This document shows, piece after piece, positions 30,162-39,378 of a stretch of DNA of 61,447 nt. Position numbers and translations under genes: made by a program. The DNA is taken from the NCBI GenBank assembly GCA_944327045.1, contig CALVGJ010000056.1, positions 1 through 61,447 on the forward strand, written 5' to 3'. Position 1 is the first letter of the stretch; every line of letters starts with the position of its first letter. The notes under the pieces were generated by a model. The model did not search any database, had not been told where the DNA came from, and saw only the letters and a list, made by a program, of their open reading frames with translations. This stretch comes from an uncultured Desulfovibrio sp. GTDB taxonomy: Bacteria; Desulfobacterota; Desulfovibrionia; Desulfovibrionales; Desulfovibrionaceae.

Positions 30162-30489
30162 GACAAAAAAAATCCTGAAGCCGCTCCGCAAAAAAAATCA
30201 TCGGTCGGGAAACGCGCCTGCCCGGAGGCGACGCCGACGGCAGACGTCCCCTCCCGCGACAGGGAAGGAGCCGGTCCTGCCGGTTTCCGAGAAAAATGCG
30301 CGCATCCTGCCATGAAAAGCCGCCATGCACGGCGTTTCGCGGCACTGGCGCAAACGCCGAAGAAGAAAAAACCTGCTCGCCGACAGCGTCAGCCCCTTCC
30401 AGCCGCTGCGTACAAAAAGATAAAAATTTCCGGCTGATCGGGGCATTTCCCGCTTGCTCCTCCCGCGCCCGGCTGATACAGTCCCCTGC

Positions 30490-30720
30490 ATGAAAGAACT
30501 GGACCCCCATACCATACGCCCCTGCCTGGCTTGCGGCGGAGTTGATGTCCATCTGGAATCCATGCGCCCGCCGGGGCGACGGGACGACGTCTGGCGCGTC
30601 GTCTGTTCCTGCGGGCAAACCTCCCAGCAGTGGTCCGTTTCCCAAGGGGCGGCCATACGCGCCTGGAACCGCAATCTCGGCAGCGAGCATTGTGACGGCG
30701 GCACGGCAAGCCGACGCTGA
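30490..30720 (+). CDS. Small Lar (restriction alleviation)-like zinc-ribbon protein
   Basis: IRPCLACGG...VVCSCG...AAIRAWNR pattern. Confidence 0.6.
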   Translation: MKELDPHTIRPCLACGGVDVHLESMRPPGRRDDVWRVVCSCGQTSQQWSVSQGAAIRAWNRNLGSEHCDGGTASRR

Positions 30721-30741
30721 GAGAACAAATCCGTTCTTTTT

Positions 30742-30773
30742 TATGGGGCGCTTCCGGCGGGAAGCGCCCCATA
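30742..30773. terminator. Bidirectional terminator-like hairpin
   Basis: TATGGGGCGCTTCC-loop-GGAAGCGCCCCATA between convergent genes. Confidence 0.65.
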
Positions 30774-30846
30774 TTCTTTCCTTGTGCGCGGCATGCGGCA
30801 GGAAAGGAAGCCCCTTCCCCGCCCAAGCCTTCGCACTGCAGTCATC

Positions 30847-32202
30847 TCAGCCGCGACGGGGCAGATTTTTCTGTCTGCCGCGCGCAATGCCCATTTCCCT
30901 GTCCGGGATATCCTTGGTGATGACCGAGCCCGCGCCGACAAGCGCATCCGCGCCCACGCGCACCGGAGCCACCAGCGCCGTATTGCTGCCGATGAAGGCG
31001 CGCTCCCCGATGCGGGTCTGGAACTTGTTTTTGCCGTCATAGTTGCAGGTAATGGTTCCCGCGCCGATATTGCTGCCCGCGCCGATTTCCGCATCTCCCA
31101 GATAGGTCAGGTGATTGGCCTTGGCCCCCCTGCCGAGACGCGCCTTTTTCAGCTCCACAAAATTGCCCACATGCGACTCCGCCTCCAGCACGGCTCCGGG
31201 ACGCAAACGGGCATACGGCCCCACCTGCGTGTCCGGCCCCACCTCGGCCCGCTCCAGATGGCAGAAGGAACGGATTTCGGCCCCGGCCGCAACATCGCAC
31301 TCCCGGATGACGCAGTGCGAGGCGATGCTTGCCCCGCCGCGAATGACGGACCTGCCGTAAATTTCGCACGGGCCGGTAATCTCCACGCCCGGCTCCACGT
31401 CGGCCAGCGGGCTGATACGCACGCTCTCCGGCGCATGCAGCATGACTCCGGCCGCCAGCAGTCCCGCATTGACGCGCTGCCGCAGAAGTTCCTCACAATG
31501 ACTCAGCTCCAGCGGCGAATTGATGCCCAGCAGGCTGGTATCGTTGCCGCACTGCACGCCCTGAACCGTCATGCCTTCGGCCACGGCCAGTCCCACCAGA
31601 TCGGTGATGTAGTACTCCCCGCTCCTGTTGGCATTGGTCAGGCGCGGCAGCAGCCGGGCAACCTGTTCCCGCCCGAGGGAATACATGCCCGCGTTGACTT
31701 CGCCGGTAGCCGCGCCGAACGTTTCCAGACAGTAATCCTTGGCTTCCACGATAGCCCTGACGCTGCCGTCGTCATTGCGCACCACCCGCCCGTACGCGCC
31801 GGGCTCGTCCAGCACGATGGTGGCAAAGGCCACATCCGCCTCGGCGGCGCCTTCCCAGAAATGGCGCACCAGTTCGGCGGTGAGCAGGGGCGTATCCCCG
31901 TTGACCACAAGCAGCCGCTCCACCCCCGCGGCCTCCAGCTGCGGCATGGCCGTTTGCAGAGCATGCCCCGTCCCGAGCTGCTGCTCCTGCACCACAAAGC
32001 GCTCCTCGGGGAAGGCCGCCCGAACCATCTCGCCGCCGTGCCCGATGACTATCCAGACATTTTCTCCGAAAACAGGGCGTAACGCCTCCCGCACATGGCA
32101 CAGCATGGGCTCTCCCAGCAGGGTCTGCAACACCTTGGGCTTGCGGGAATGCATGCGGGTTCCCTTGCCTGCCGCCAATATCAGGGCTGCCTCTTTCGGC
32201 AT
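30847..32202 (-). CDS. glmU: Bifunctional UDP-GlcNAc pyrophosphorylase / glucosamine-1-P N-acetyltransferase
   Basis: LAAGKGTRMHSRKPKVL, QLGTGHA, GEYYITD, VGNFVELKK, HLTYLGDA, TCNYDG. Confidence 0.95.
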   Translation of the reverse strand: MPKEAALILAAGKGTRMHSRKPKVLQTLLGEPMLCHVREALRPVFGENVWIVIGHGGEMVRAAFPEERFVVQEQQLGTGHALQTAMPQLEAAGVERLLVVNGDTPLLTAELVRHFWEGAAEADVAFATIVLDEPGAYGRVVRNDDGSVRAIVEAKDYCLETFGAATGEVNAGMYSLGREQVARLLPRLTNANRSGEYYITDLVGLAVAEGMTVQGVQCGNDTSLLGINSPLELSHCEELLRQRVNAGLLAAGVMLHAPESVRISPLADVEPGVEITGPCEIYGRSVIRGGASIASHCVIRECDVAAGAEIRSFCHLERAEVGPDTQVGPYARLRPGAVLEAESHVGNFVELKKARLGRGAKANHLTYLGDAEIGAGSNIGAGTITCNYDGKNKFQTRIGERAFIGSNTALVAPVRVGADALVGAGSVITKDIPDREMGIARGRQKNLPRRG

Positions 32203-32426
32203 GGCCTTTTCTCCTTTTACCTGCAGTTTCGTTGCGGAAAAGATAGCCCCCGTCCGTCGGCATGGCAAGTGCCGCCCCCGGCGCGCAAGCGACGAACCGA
32301 CGACATTCCGGCGACAATTTTCCGTCTCACGCCGGGCATTCCCGGCGTCCGTGACGAACATGGTCGAACGAACGCCGGGAATGCCACACGCCGCGCGCTT
32401 CGGCGGCAAGAGTCATGATGGTCGTC

Positions 32427-32575
32427 CAGAGCATTTTCAGTCTGAAACGCGTGGCGTTCCAAACCATACGGCCCGGCGTTTCGCGGAAAAAACGCGGCAT
32501 TTCCGCTCACTTCGGGCCGGGCGGCACTGTGCCGCCGCCTCGCATGTTGCCTTTTTCAAAGACAAAATGCTCTAG
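32427..32575 (+). mobile_element. MITE-like family A full copy
   Basis: CAGAGCATTTTCAGTCTGAAACGC...GACAAAATGCTCTAG. Confidence 0.8.
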
Positions 32576-32805
32576 ACCGTGCCCGAACCGTGACACACGG
32601 GACAGGGGACATTGTTGCCGCAGCGGGCGCAGCTCCCCGGCAGAATGGTCTTCTTGCCCTGACAGCGGGGACAGGTCTGCTCTCCGGCAGCGGTTTTCAC
32701 GACGCCGGAACCAAGACAGTCGGGGCAGACGATACGCAGCTGGTGATTCCAGCAGGCGCCGCAGGTGACGCGACCGATGCCGTCGCACTGGGGACAGGTA
32801 CTCAT
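32572..32805 (-). CDS. Stand-alone DnaJ-type cysteine-rich zinc-finger protein (77 aa)
   Basis: CPQCDGIG, CPDCLGSG, CPRCQGK, CPVCHGSG plus two further CxxC; GAGGAGG RBS. Confidence 0.75.
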   Translation of the reverse strand: MSTCPQCDGIGRVTCGACWNHQLRIVCPDCLGSGVVKTAAGEQTCPRCQGKKTILPGSCARCGNNVPCPVCHGSGTV

Positions 32806-33006
32806 AAGGGCCTCCTCGGCAGGGCTGCATGCCTGCCGCCAGATGAAGCATCCGGCTAGAGCCGCCCGCCGGATGCGGGATACAGGGCGGTTATGCGCAA
32901 CACTAGGCCCTGCCCTTTGCGGCGTCAACCGCTGTCGCCTGAATGATGCGTTCACAGCTACACCGCGTTTTCCGAAGGCTGCCACGCAAAGCGTACACAT
33001 ATAATG

Positions 33007-33055
33007 TTGACAAATAAATTTTTTATATACAATATATCAAAAAAATTTATAGTCA
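33007..33055. promoter_or_regulatory. AT-rich divergent promoter/operator with an imperfect inverted repeat
   Basis: TTGACA at 33007; TGAC..ATAAATTTTTT.ATATA / TATAT.AAAAAAATTTAT.GTCA dyad. Confidence 0.55.
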
Positions 33056-33089
33056 CGTTTTTTCGTCAGCCAATCTTTGGAGATACGCC

Positions 33090-33779
33090 ATGAGCGATGC
33101 GACTGCCTGCGACAACACCCTTTCCCGTCTCATGAAGGCTCTGGACGCCCGTTCGGACGCCGAACTGGCCCGCGCGCTGGGGATCAGCCCCCAGTCGGTG
33201 AGCGGCGCCCGCCGCCGGGGCGAGGTGCCCCCGGCCTGGGTGCAGCTCTGCGCGGAAAAGACCGGCTGCAATGCGCACTGGCTGTTTTTCGGACAGGGCC
33301 CCATGTTTCTTCCGCCGCACCTGACCGGCGACGACAGCGAGGCCGCGGGGAGGCCGGATGTGGACATGATCACCATTCCGCTGGTGGAGGCGCGCCTTTC
33401 CGCCGGAACCGGCAGCCTTGAGGTCAACGGCGGTACGGAAGGCGGGCATGCCTTTCGCGGCGACTTTCTCCGCCGCAAGGGCAATCCCCGCCGCATGGTG
33501 CTCATGCGCGTCTCCGGGGACAGCATGGTGCCGGAAATCTTCGACAACGACCTTGTCCTGCTGGATCAGGGACAGACGGAAATCACGCCCGGCCGTCTGT
33601 ATGCCGTCGGTTTTGAGGACGCCATCTACATCAAGCGCATCGACATGCTGCCCGGCAAGATCATCCTGCGCAGCGTCAATCCGGCCTATGCGCCGGTGAC
33701 GCTTGATCTGCGGGGGGACTGCGCGGAACAGTTCCGCGTCATCGGACGTGTACTCTGGTCGGGGCGGGAATATCGTTAG
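33090..33779 (+). CDS. CI-like repressor, HTH plus S24 autopeptidase
   Basis: LARALGISPQSVS HTH, HWLFFGQGP, RLSAGTG cleavage-like site, VSGDSMVP (Ser), YIKR (Lys), VIGRV. Confidence 0.88.
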   Translation: MSDATACDNTLSRLMKALDARSDAELARALGISPQSVSGARRRGEVPPAWVQLCAEKTGCNAHWLFFGQGPMFLPPHLTGDDSEAAGRPDVDMITIPLVEARLSAGTGSLEVNGGTEGGHAFRGDFLRRKGNPRRMVLMRVSGDSMVPEIFDNDLVLLDQGQTEITPGRLYAVGFEDAIYIKRIDMLPGKIILRSVNPAYAPVTLDLRGDCAEQFRVIGRVLWSGREYR

Positions 33780-33826
33780 GGCATTTTTCCCATACGGACT
33801 GTCGTTTCGCGAAAGAAATGCTCCAG
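33777..33826 (+). mobile_element. MITE-like family A, short copy
   Basis: TAGGGCATTTTTCCCATACGG..GAAATGCTCCAG; first TAG is the repressor stop. Confidence 0.7.
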
Positions 33827-33834
33827 AATGCGGA

Positions 33835-33869
33835 AAGGGGAGCCGCCATACGACATGGCGGCTCCCCTT
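33835..33869. terminator. Hairpin between convergent genes
   Basis: AAGGGGAGCCGCCAT-loop-ATGGCGGCTCCCCTT. Confidence 0.65.
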
Positions 33870-33892
33870 CTCCCTTCTCCTGGACGGGCGCG

Positions 33893-34786
33893 TCAGCGCA
33901 GCGCGGACACGATGTCGGCCGGAGAGGACGAAGCGGAAATGACCCGGCCATCGGCAATGAGGGCGGGCAGGCCGGAAAGATTGTAGTAGCGGGTAAGCTG
34001 GACGGCCTGATACATGTTCACGCTGCCGGCGTCATAGCAATAGCTTGTGACGTCCATCTCCCGACTGGCGGGAACGGGCGGATTCAGGCGCTGCAAATAG
34101 GCGTAGTGAATGGGAAAGTCCGTGGACTGCACCGTGGCGTCATACTCGTTGGTAAAGGGGATGGCCGCGCCGCGCGCCCTCTTCTGCCCCGCCTTCACCT
34201 CGTTCCAGCGGTCAAGGGCGTAGGTCAGATAGGACATGGCCTGTCCCTGACGCTCATAGGAAATCCAGATGGCCAGCCCCATGAGGTCCGTACCGTAGTT
34301 CTCGCGGCTGTTGGCAAAGACGACAATCTTGGTCTGCGTCGGGTTGAGCGAACGCGAGGCCTCAACCACCCTGTCCCAGAGCGCGGCGCTGGCCGGATTG
34401 GCGAAGTCCAGCAGCACCATGAGCTCATGCGGCGCCTTTCTGTCCCCGAAAACCACGGGATAGATTTCCTCCCGCCAGTGGGGACGGTAGGCGGCCTCCT
34501 TTTCGATACGCTGGGCGCTGCCGCCCATCTGGGGCAGCATGGCCTGCCCGGCGTCGCTCAATTCACGCGTATTGGGCAGTTTTTCCTGCATCCACGGATT
34601 GAACAGATTGGCGCCGCCGGCAGGGACGGCGCCAGTGGCGGCCACAGCGTCGCCCGGCGCGGCAACCTGCGTGGCCGGCGGCGTGTCCGCCGTATCGGAT
34701 GCCCCCATAAAGCCGCAGGCGCTCAACAGACCGCCCGTCAGCAGACCTCCCAGCACAAGGCCCGTCCGTAAACATTGCCGCAACAT
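33893..34786 (-). CDS. Lipoprotein with a DsbA/thioredoxin-like fold lacking CxxC
   Basis: Lipobox LLSAC; VFGDRKAPHELMVLLDFANPAS; C-terminal YNLSGLPALIADGR. Confidence 0.6.
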   Translation of the reverse strand: MLRQCLRTGLVLGGLLTGGLLSACGFMGASDTADTPPATQVAAPGDAVAATGAVPAGGANLFNPWMQEKLPNTRELSDAGQAMLPQMGGSAQRIEKEAAYRPHWREEIYPVVFGDRKAPHELMVLLDFANPASAALWDRVVEASRSLNPTQTKIVVFANSRENYGTDLMGLAIWISYERQGQAMSYLTYALDRWNEVKAGQKRARGAAIPFTNEYDATVQSTDFPIHYAYLQRLNPPVPASREMDVTSYCYDAGSVNMYQAVQLTRYYNLSGLPALIADGRVISASSSPADIVSALR

Positions 34787-34802
34787 GAGTCCCTTTCCTC
34801 CT

Positions 34803-35579
34803 TTACAAGGTACAGTGCGCCACGGCCTGCGCCAGATGGCGCAGCCAGATGGCCGCAAAACCGGAATACTCCGCCATGCCGTGCAGGATCGGGCAACAGC
34901 TGTGCCCGGCCCCTTCCAGCCGCGAACGCCAGGAATGCTCCTGCGCGCCTGCCATGTCCTCAAGGGCATGCCTGCCCACCACCGAAAGCAGCGGCATGAG
35001 CCATACCCTCCGGGACGTCAGGCGGGGCAGCAGCATTTCCAGCTCCAGCGGGCCGCTCATGGCTCCCACATGAATATGCGCGTCCAGCCCGCTCACGGCA
35101 CGGGCAAGGTCCGCGTAACGCGACATGGCCGGATGCCGCGCGCCGTGCCCCATGAGCACCACATCCTCCCCGGGTTGCCGTTCCGGCGGCAGATGCGCCA
35201 GCACGGCCCGGGCCGCCTCCTCGATGTCCGCGGCATCATTGAGCAGGGGCGCACCCAGCCGCACACGCATTGCGGAAGAGGCCTCCACCTCATCCACAAC
35301 GGCCCGCACCTCGCCGTGCTCGTCGCCGGGAATGCTGTGCAGGGCCTGTACGGCCACCTGCCGGAAACCTTCAAACTGCAAACGCCGCAAGGCCTTGAGG
35401 ACGGAGTCGCTTTTCTGCCGGGCCTGCGCCAGCCGTTCGCGCAGAAGCAGCGACGTGTACGCCCAGCGCACGGGCTTGTCGGGAAAGGCCGCCCGCACCT
35501 GCGCGTCGAAATCACGCAGGGCGCTCTGGGCCTGTTGTCCCGTAGCCCCGAAAGCCACCAGCAGGATAGCGCATTTCAT
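34803..35579 (-). CDS. cbiK: Sirohydrochlorin cobaltochelatase (cytoplasmic CbiK type)
   Basis: AILLVAFG, WAYTS, VQALHSIPGDE, VLMGHG, LMPLLSVVGRHALEDMAG..SWRS. Confidence 0.85.
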   Translation of the reverse strand: MKCAILLVAFGATGQQAQSALRDFDAQVRAAFPDKPVRWAYTSLLLRERLAQARQKSDSVLKALRRLQFEGFRQVAVQALHSIPGDEHGEVRAVVDEVEASSAMRVRLGAPLLNDAADIEEAARAVLAHLPPERQPGEDVVLMGHGARHPAMSRYADLARAVSGLDAHIHVGAMSGPLELEMLLPRLTSRRVWLMPLLSVVGRHALEDMAGAQEHSWRSRLEGAGHSCCPILHGMAEYSGFAAIWLRHLAQAVAHCTL

Positions 35580-35631
35580 TTTTCCAGTATAGGCCACTTG
35601 CCGCACGGAAGCAAGGCGCACGCTTATGGAG

Positions 35632-35660
35632 TTGACCGCCGTAATGCGCGGAGGTAACAT
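35632..35660 (+). promoter_or_regulatory. Sigma70-type promoter for rfbD
   Basis: TTGACC-N17-TAACAT. Confidence 0.45.
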
Positions 35661-35677
35661 AAAAAGAGGAGGTTGTC

Positions 35678-36544
35678 ATGGCCAAAGCGTTGGTTCTTGG
35701 AGGGGCCACCGGGTTGCTGGGGCAGGCCCTTGTGCGGGTATTGTCCCACCGCGGCTGGCAGGTGGAAACGCTGGGACGCTGCGACGGCAATCTGCAGGAT
35801 ATGAATTTCCTGCAGCAGCGCCTGGAGCAGGCCGAAGCGGATGTGGTTTTCAATGCCGTTGCCTGGACGCAGGTGGACGATGCGGAAGATCATCCCGAGG
35901 AGGCCCTGCTCATCAATCGTACCCTGCCCGATGCCCTTGCCCGGCTGCTGCGCAACATCGGTTCCGGCCTGCTGGTGCATTACGGAACGGATTTTGTATT
36001 CGGCGGCAACAGCGGCAGGGCGCTGACCGAGGAAGACCCGCCCTGCCCGGCGTCGGTCTACGGCAAGAGCAAGCTTGCCGGGGAGCAGGCCGTACTCAAC
36101 GAACTGCCTGACCGCTCCCTCGTCTTGCGGACGGCCTGGCTGTTCGGGCCGGGGCGGCGCAATTTTGTGCAGACCATTCTGGACGCCTGCCGACGGCGCG
36201 ACGTCATCAGCGTGGTGCATGACCAGAACGGCTCGCCCACCTACACGCTTGACCTGGCCCTCTGGAGCGCCCGCCTGGCCGAAGCCGGCCAGACCGGCCT
36301 CTGGCACGCGGCCAACAGCGGCCGCGCCAGCTGGTGCGAACTGGCCTGCGAAGCCGTGGCCCTGGCCGGCAGCCCCTGCCGGGTGGAGCCCATTCCCAGT
36401 TCCGCCTGGCCGCAGAAAGCCCGCCGCCCGGCCTTTTCCGTTCTCAACTGCGACAAGCTGGCGAATTTCCTCGGGGAAACCCCGCGCCCGTGGCCGCAGG
36501 CCCTGCGAGACTATCTTTTCCGTGAAGGGGGCACCCAATGCTGA
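35678..36544 (+). CDS. rfbD: dTDP-4-dehydrorhamnose reductase
   Basis: GATGLLG, AWTQVDDAE, TDFVFGG, VYGKSKLAGE, RTAWLFG, DQNGSPTY, ARRPAFSVL. Confidence 0.9.
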   Translation: MAKALVLGGATGLLGQALVRVLSHRGWQVETLGRCDGNLQDMNFLQQRLEQAEADVVFNAVAWTQVDDAEDHPEEALLINRTLPDALARLLRNIGSGLLVHYGTDFVFGGNSGRALTEEDPPCPASVYGKSKLAGEQAVLNELPDRSLVLRTAWLFGPGRRNFVQTILDACRRRDVISVVHDQNGSPTYTLDLALWSARLAEAGQTGLWHAANSGRASWCELACEAVALAGSPCRVEPIPSSAWPQKARRPAFSVLNCDKLANFLGETPRPWPQALRDYLFREGGTQC

Positions 36545-38103
36545 ACCTGATAAGAACCGGCCGTCTGCCCCGCCGCATCCTGCCGTTGCTGCTGCTCGGC
36601 ACTCTGCTGACTGGCGGAACGGCTCTTGCCCGTCCGCAAAATCTGCAGGAACTTGCCAACATCAATAAAAAGCTGACGGAAAGCGGCATCGAGTACGGAC
36701 AAATCCCCTCGCTCTACCGGCCCCGCTTCGACCGCATGCAGGATGCCGGACTCAGCATGAACAGCGATGACGTGGTCTTTGTGGTCATACTGCCCGACGG
36801 GCCGCGCATCTATCCGCAAAAATACCTTGTCTGGCATCAGGTCATCAACGAGGTTGTGGATGACCAGGCGTATGCCATCACCTACAGCCCCATTACCGGC
36901 GGTTTTGCCGCCTATGACGCCTCCATGGGCGGACTGAACCTCATCTTTGACGCGGAGGGCCGCCTTTATGACGGCAACTCCGTGCTCATCGACCGCAATT
37001 CCGGCAGCCTCTGGCTCCAGGAGCTGGGCATGGCCTTTGACGGCAGCCTGCTGGGACGCGGCATGCCCATCGTGCCCTGCTACTGGACAACCTGGGGACC
37101 GGCCAGACGTACCTTCCCCGGCGCCAAGGTGCTCTCGCGCCCGCCGGGACGCCGCCCCTACGGACGCGACCCCTACGGGGATTACCGCAAACCCGACACC
37201 TATTACACCAATGACGAGCTGGTCTATCCCGTCGAACATGTCGATCGTCGCTTTCACCGCAAGACGCCCATGTTCTGCCTTGAGCATCAGGGATCGCTGA
37301 TCGCCCTGGACATCAACTACGTCAAGAAAAAGGGCGTGGTGAACTTCTTTGTGGGCCCCTCCGCTCTGGTCGCCGTGCACGACAAGAAGCTGGACGTGGT
37401 GCGCGTCTTCAACCGGCAGGTCTGGGCGGAGCCGTTTCTTTTCGTCTATTCCGGCAACCAGTTCATCGACATCGCCACGCGCAGCATCTGGGACCCCGCC
37501 ACAGGCGTCTGTCTGGAAGGCAACCTCAAGGGCGCCAACATGGCGCAGTTTTTCGGCACCTATTCCATGTGGTTCGCCTGGGCCAGCATGAATCCGGAGA
37601 CGCTCTTCATCCCCGGCCCCGGCGAAGTTCCCGACAACCTGCTGCAAATCACCCCGCTGGGGCCGGGTCCCCAAAGCCAGACGGCTGGCGCGCCTCTTCC
37701 CGGTCAGCCCGTGAACGGACAGCCCGCAGGCGTCCCCCCCCAGGCAGGGGCTCAGTCCTCCGTGCCCGCCGGGGCCATGCCTCAGGTGCTGCCGCAGGGC
37801 AGATTCCAGAACGTCCCCTATCCGGGTCAGGTCGTTCCGCAAGGAGGCGCACCGGCTCCGACGGCAGGACAGGCGGCTCAGCCCGCGGGCGTCATCCCGG
37901 GGAATGCGGCCCTGCCCGGCCAGACGGGAACCGTCCCGCCGCAGGCCGCGGGCGTCGCTCCGGCAGGGTCTGTTCCGGCAGCGCCCCAGCCGGGCGGCGG
38001 GATGCCCGGACAGCTTGGCGGCAGTACCGGCGTCGGCACCGTCATGCCGCCCGGGGCGGCAATGGCGCCGCTCGCCATGCCTCCCGCGCCTGGACAAAAC
38101 TGA
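36538..38103 (+). CDS. DUF3179-like secreted protein with a Pro/Gly/Gln/Ala-rich tail
   Basis: Signal peptide; IPSL..P.F, WHQVINE, DRNSGSLWLQ, WFAW; low-complexity C-terminus. Confidence 0.75.
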   Translation: MLNLIRTGRLPRRILPLLLLGTLLTGGTALARPQNLQELANINKKLTESGIEYGQIPSLYRPRFDRMQDAGLSMNSDDVVFVVILPDGPRIYPQKYLVWHQVINEVVDDQAYAITYSPITGGFAAYDASMGGLNLIFDAEGRLYDGNSVLIDRNSGSLWLQELGMAFDGSLLGRGMPIVPCYWTTWGPARRTFPGAKVLSRPPGRRPYGRDPYGDYRKPDTYYTNDELVYPVEHVDRRFHRKTPMFCLEHQGSLIALDINYVKKKGVVNFFVGPSALVAVHDKKLDVVRVFNRQVWAEPFLFVYSGNQFIDIATRSIWDPATGVCLEGNLKGANMAQFFGTYSMWFAWASMNPETLFIPGPGEVPDNLLQITPLGPGPQSQTAGAPLPGQPVNGQPAGVPPQAGAQSSVPAGAMPQVLPQGRFQNVPYPGQVVPQGGAPAPTAGQAAQPAGVIPGNAALPGQTGTVPPQAAGVAPAGSVPAAPQPGGGMPGQLGGSTGVGTVMPPGAAMAPLAMPPAPGQN

Positions 38104-38175
38104 TTTTCACCACACGTCACGGGCCGTCCGTTCCGCTTCTTCCACGGTCAGGGGAGGCAAACGGCGGCCCGTGAC

Positions 38176-38204
38176 TTGCATGAGGCCCGTTTTCTCCGTA
38201 TAAT
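38176..38204 (+). promoter_or_regulatory. Sigma70-type promoter
   Basis: TTGCAT-N17-TATAAT. Confidence 0.6.
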
Positions 38205-38257
38205 CTATAAAAAAAATCGTTCTCCCGTCCCGGGAGACTGCAAAGGGAGCAACTCGC

Positions 38258-39058
38258 ATGATTGCCATCATTCTGGGCGCCGGACGTGGCGCCAGTCTCA
38301 AGGAGCTCACCGAGGACAAACCCACCAGTCTCATCGAGCTGGGAGGAAAAACGCTGGTCCGCTGGCAATGCGAGGCGCTGGAAGCCGCCAAGGCACGCCG
38401 TATCTGCGTGGTGCGCGGCTACCGTTCCGAGCAGCTCACTCCCGAGGCTGCCGGTCTGCCCCCCAACACCTTCGAGACGGTGGAAAATACGGACTGGCTG
38501 CACGGCAGCCTGCTGTCCGGCCTGCGCTGCGTGGCCCCGTGGATCGACATGGCGCTGGCCGAGGACGAGGACGGCATCATTGTCAGCCATGCCGATGCCC
38601 TGTATCCGGCCAATCATATTCTGGCGCTGGCCAATGCCGTGGAACCCGTCGCCATTACCTACGATACCCGCTGGCAGACATTGTGGATGCAGCGTTTCGG
38701 CGATCCGCTCATGAATGCCGAGACCTTCATCCATCAGGACGGTCGCCTGCTGGAAGTCGGCTTCCGCCCGGAAGACCCGGACGAAATCCAGGGCCAGTAC
38801 ATGGGGCTTATCCGCTTTTCTCCCAAGGGCTGGTCATATGCCAAGAAGCACCTCGACCAGCTGGGCAGCGCCTGTGACCACACGGATATGACCACCTTCA
38901 TTCAGCGACTGGTGGACGACGACGTTCTGGTGCAGGCTGTGCCCGTTGTCGGCCATTGGGTTGAGGTGGACAGCCGCGAGGACTACTATATTTACAAACG
39001 GGCCATTGAACGGGATGGCTGGTCGCACGACTGGCGCATCACCTCCCCCAACGGCTAG
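38258..39058 (+). CDS. NTP-transferase, phosphocholine cytidylyltransferase (LicC)-like
   Basis: AIILGAGRG..L..LTEDKP, VVRGYR, IQGQYMGL, WVEVDSRED. Confidence 0.78.
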   Translation: MIAIILGAGRGASLKELTEDKPTSLIELGGKTLVRWQCEALEAAKARRICVVRGYRSEQLTPEAAGLPPNTFETVENTDWLHGSLLSGLRCVAPWIDMALAEDEDGIIVSHADALYPANHILALANAVEPVAITYDTRWQTLWMQRFGDPLMNAETFIHQDGRLLEVGFRPEDPDEIQGQYMGLIRFSPKGWSYAKKHLDQLGSACDHTDMTTFIQRLVDDDVLVQAVPVVGHWVEVDSREDYYIYKRAIERDGWSHDWRITSPNG

Positions 39059-39278
39059 AATCGGACGCATACGCGTGCCGTCCACGCAAAGCGGGACGTT
39101 TCGCGCGACAACATGCCGGAAAGAAATCGGACGAAACCGCATCCATAACGGCCCGAACGATTTCTTCCGGCGTTGTATTTTCTGCACTTGTACACAAGAC
39201 CTGCCCGCCTTTTCGGTGCTCTCCGGCCGGAAGACGAGCGGGAATCCCGCGTCCGCAGCGGCGTCCCGCATCCGGGAC

Positions 39279-39355
39279 TGGAGCGTTTTGCCTTTTTCAA
39301 AGGCAAAACGCGAGGTGCGGCACTGCACCGCCCGCCCCAAAGTGAATGGCGGAAA
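39279..39355 (-). mobile_element. MITE-like family A, right-arm fragment (reverse)
   Basis: TGGAGCGTTTTGCCTTTTTCAAAGGCAAAACGCGAGG..CCGCCCG..AAGTG. Confidence 0.65.
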
Positions 39356-39378
39356 CAGACGGCATGAAGGAAAAAATC

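Noticed and set aside
32572-33779. Prophage
   Set aside because: Only a CI-like gene (and a distant Lar-like gene); no integrase, replication or structural genes
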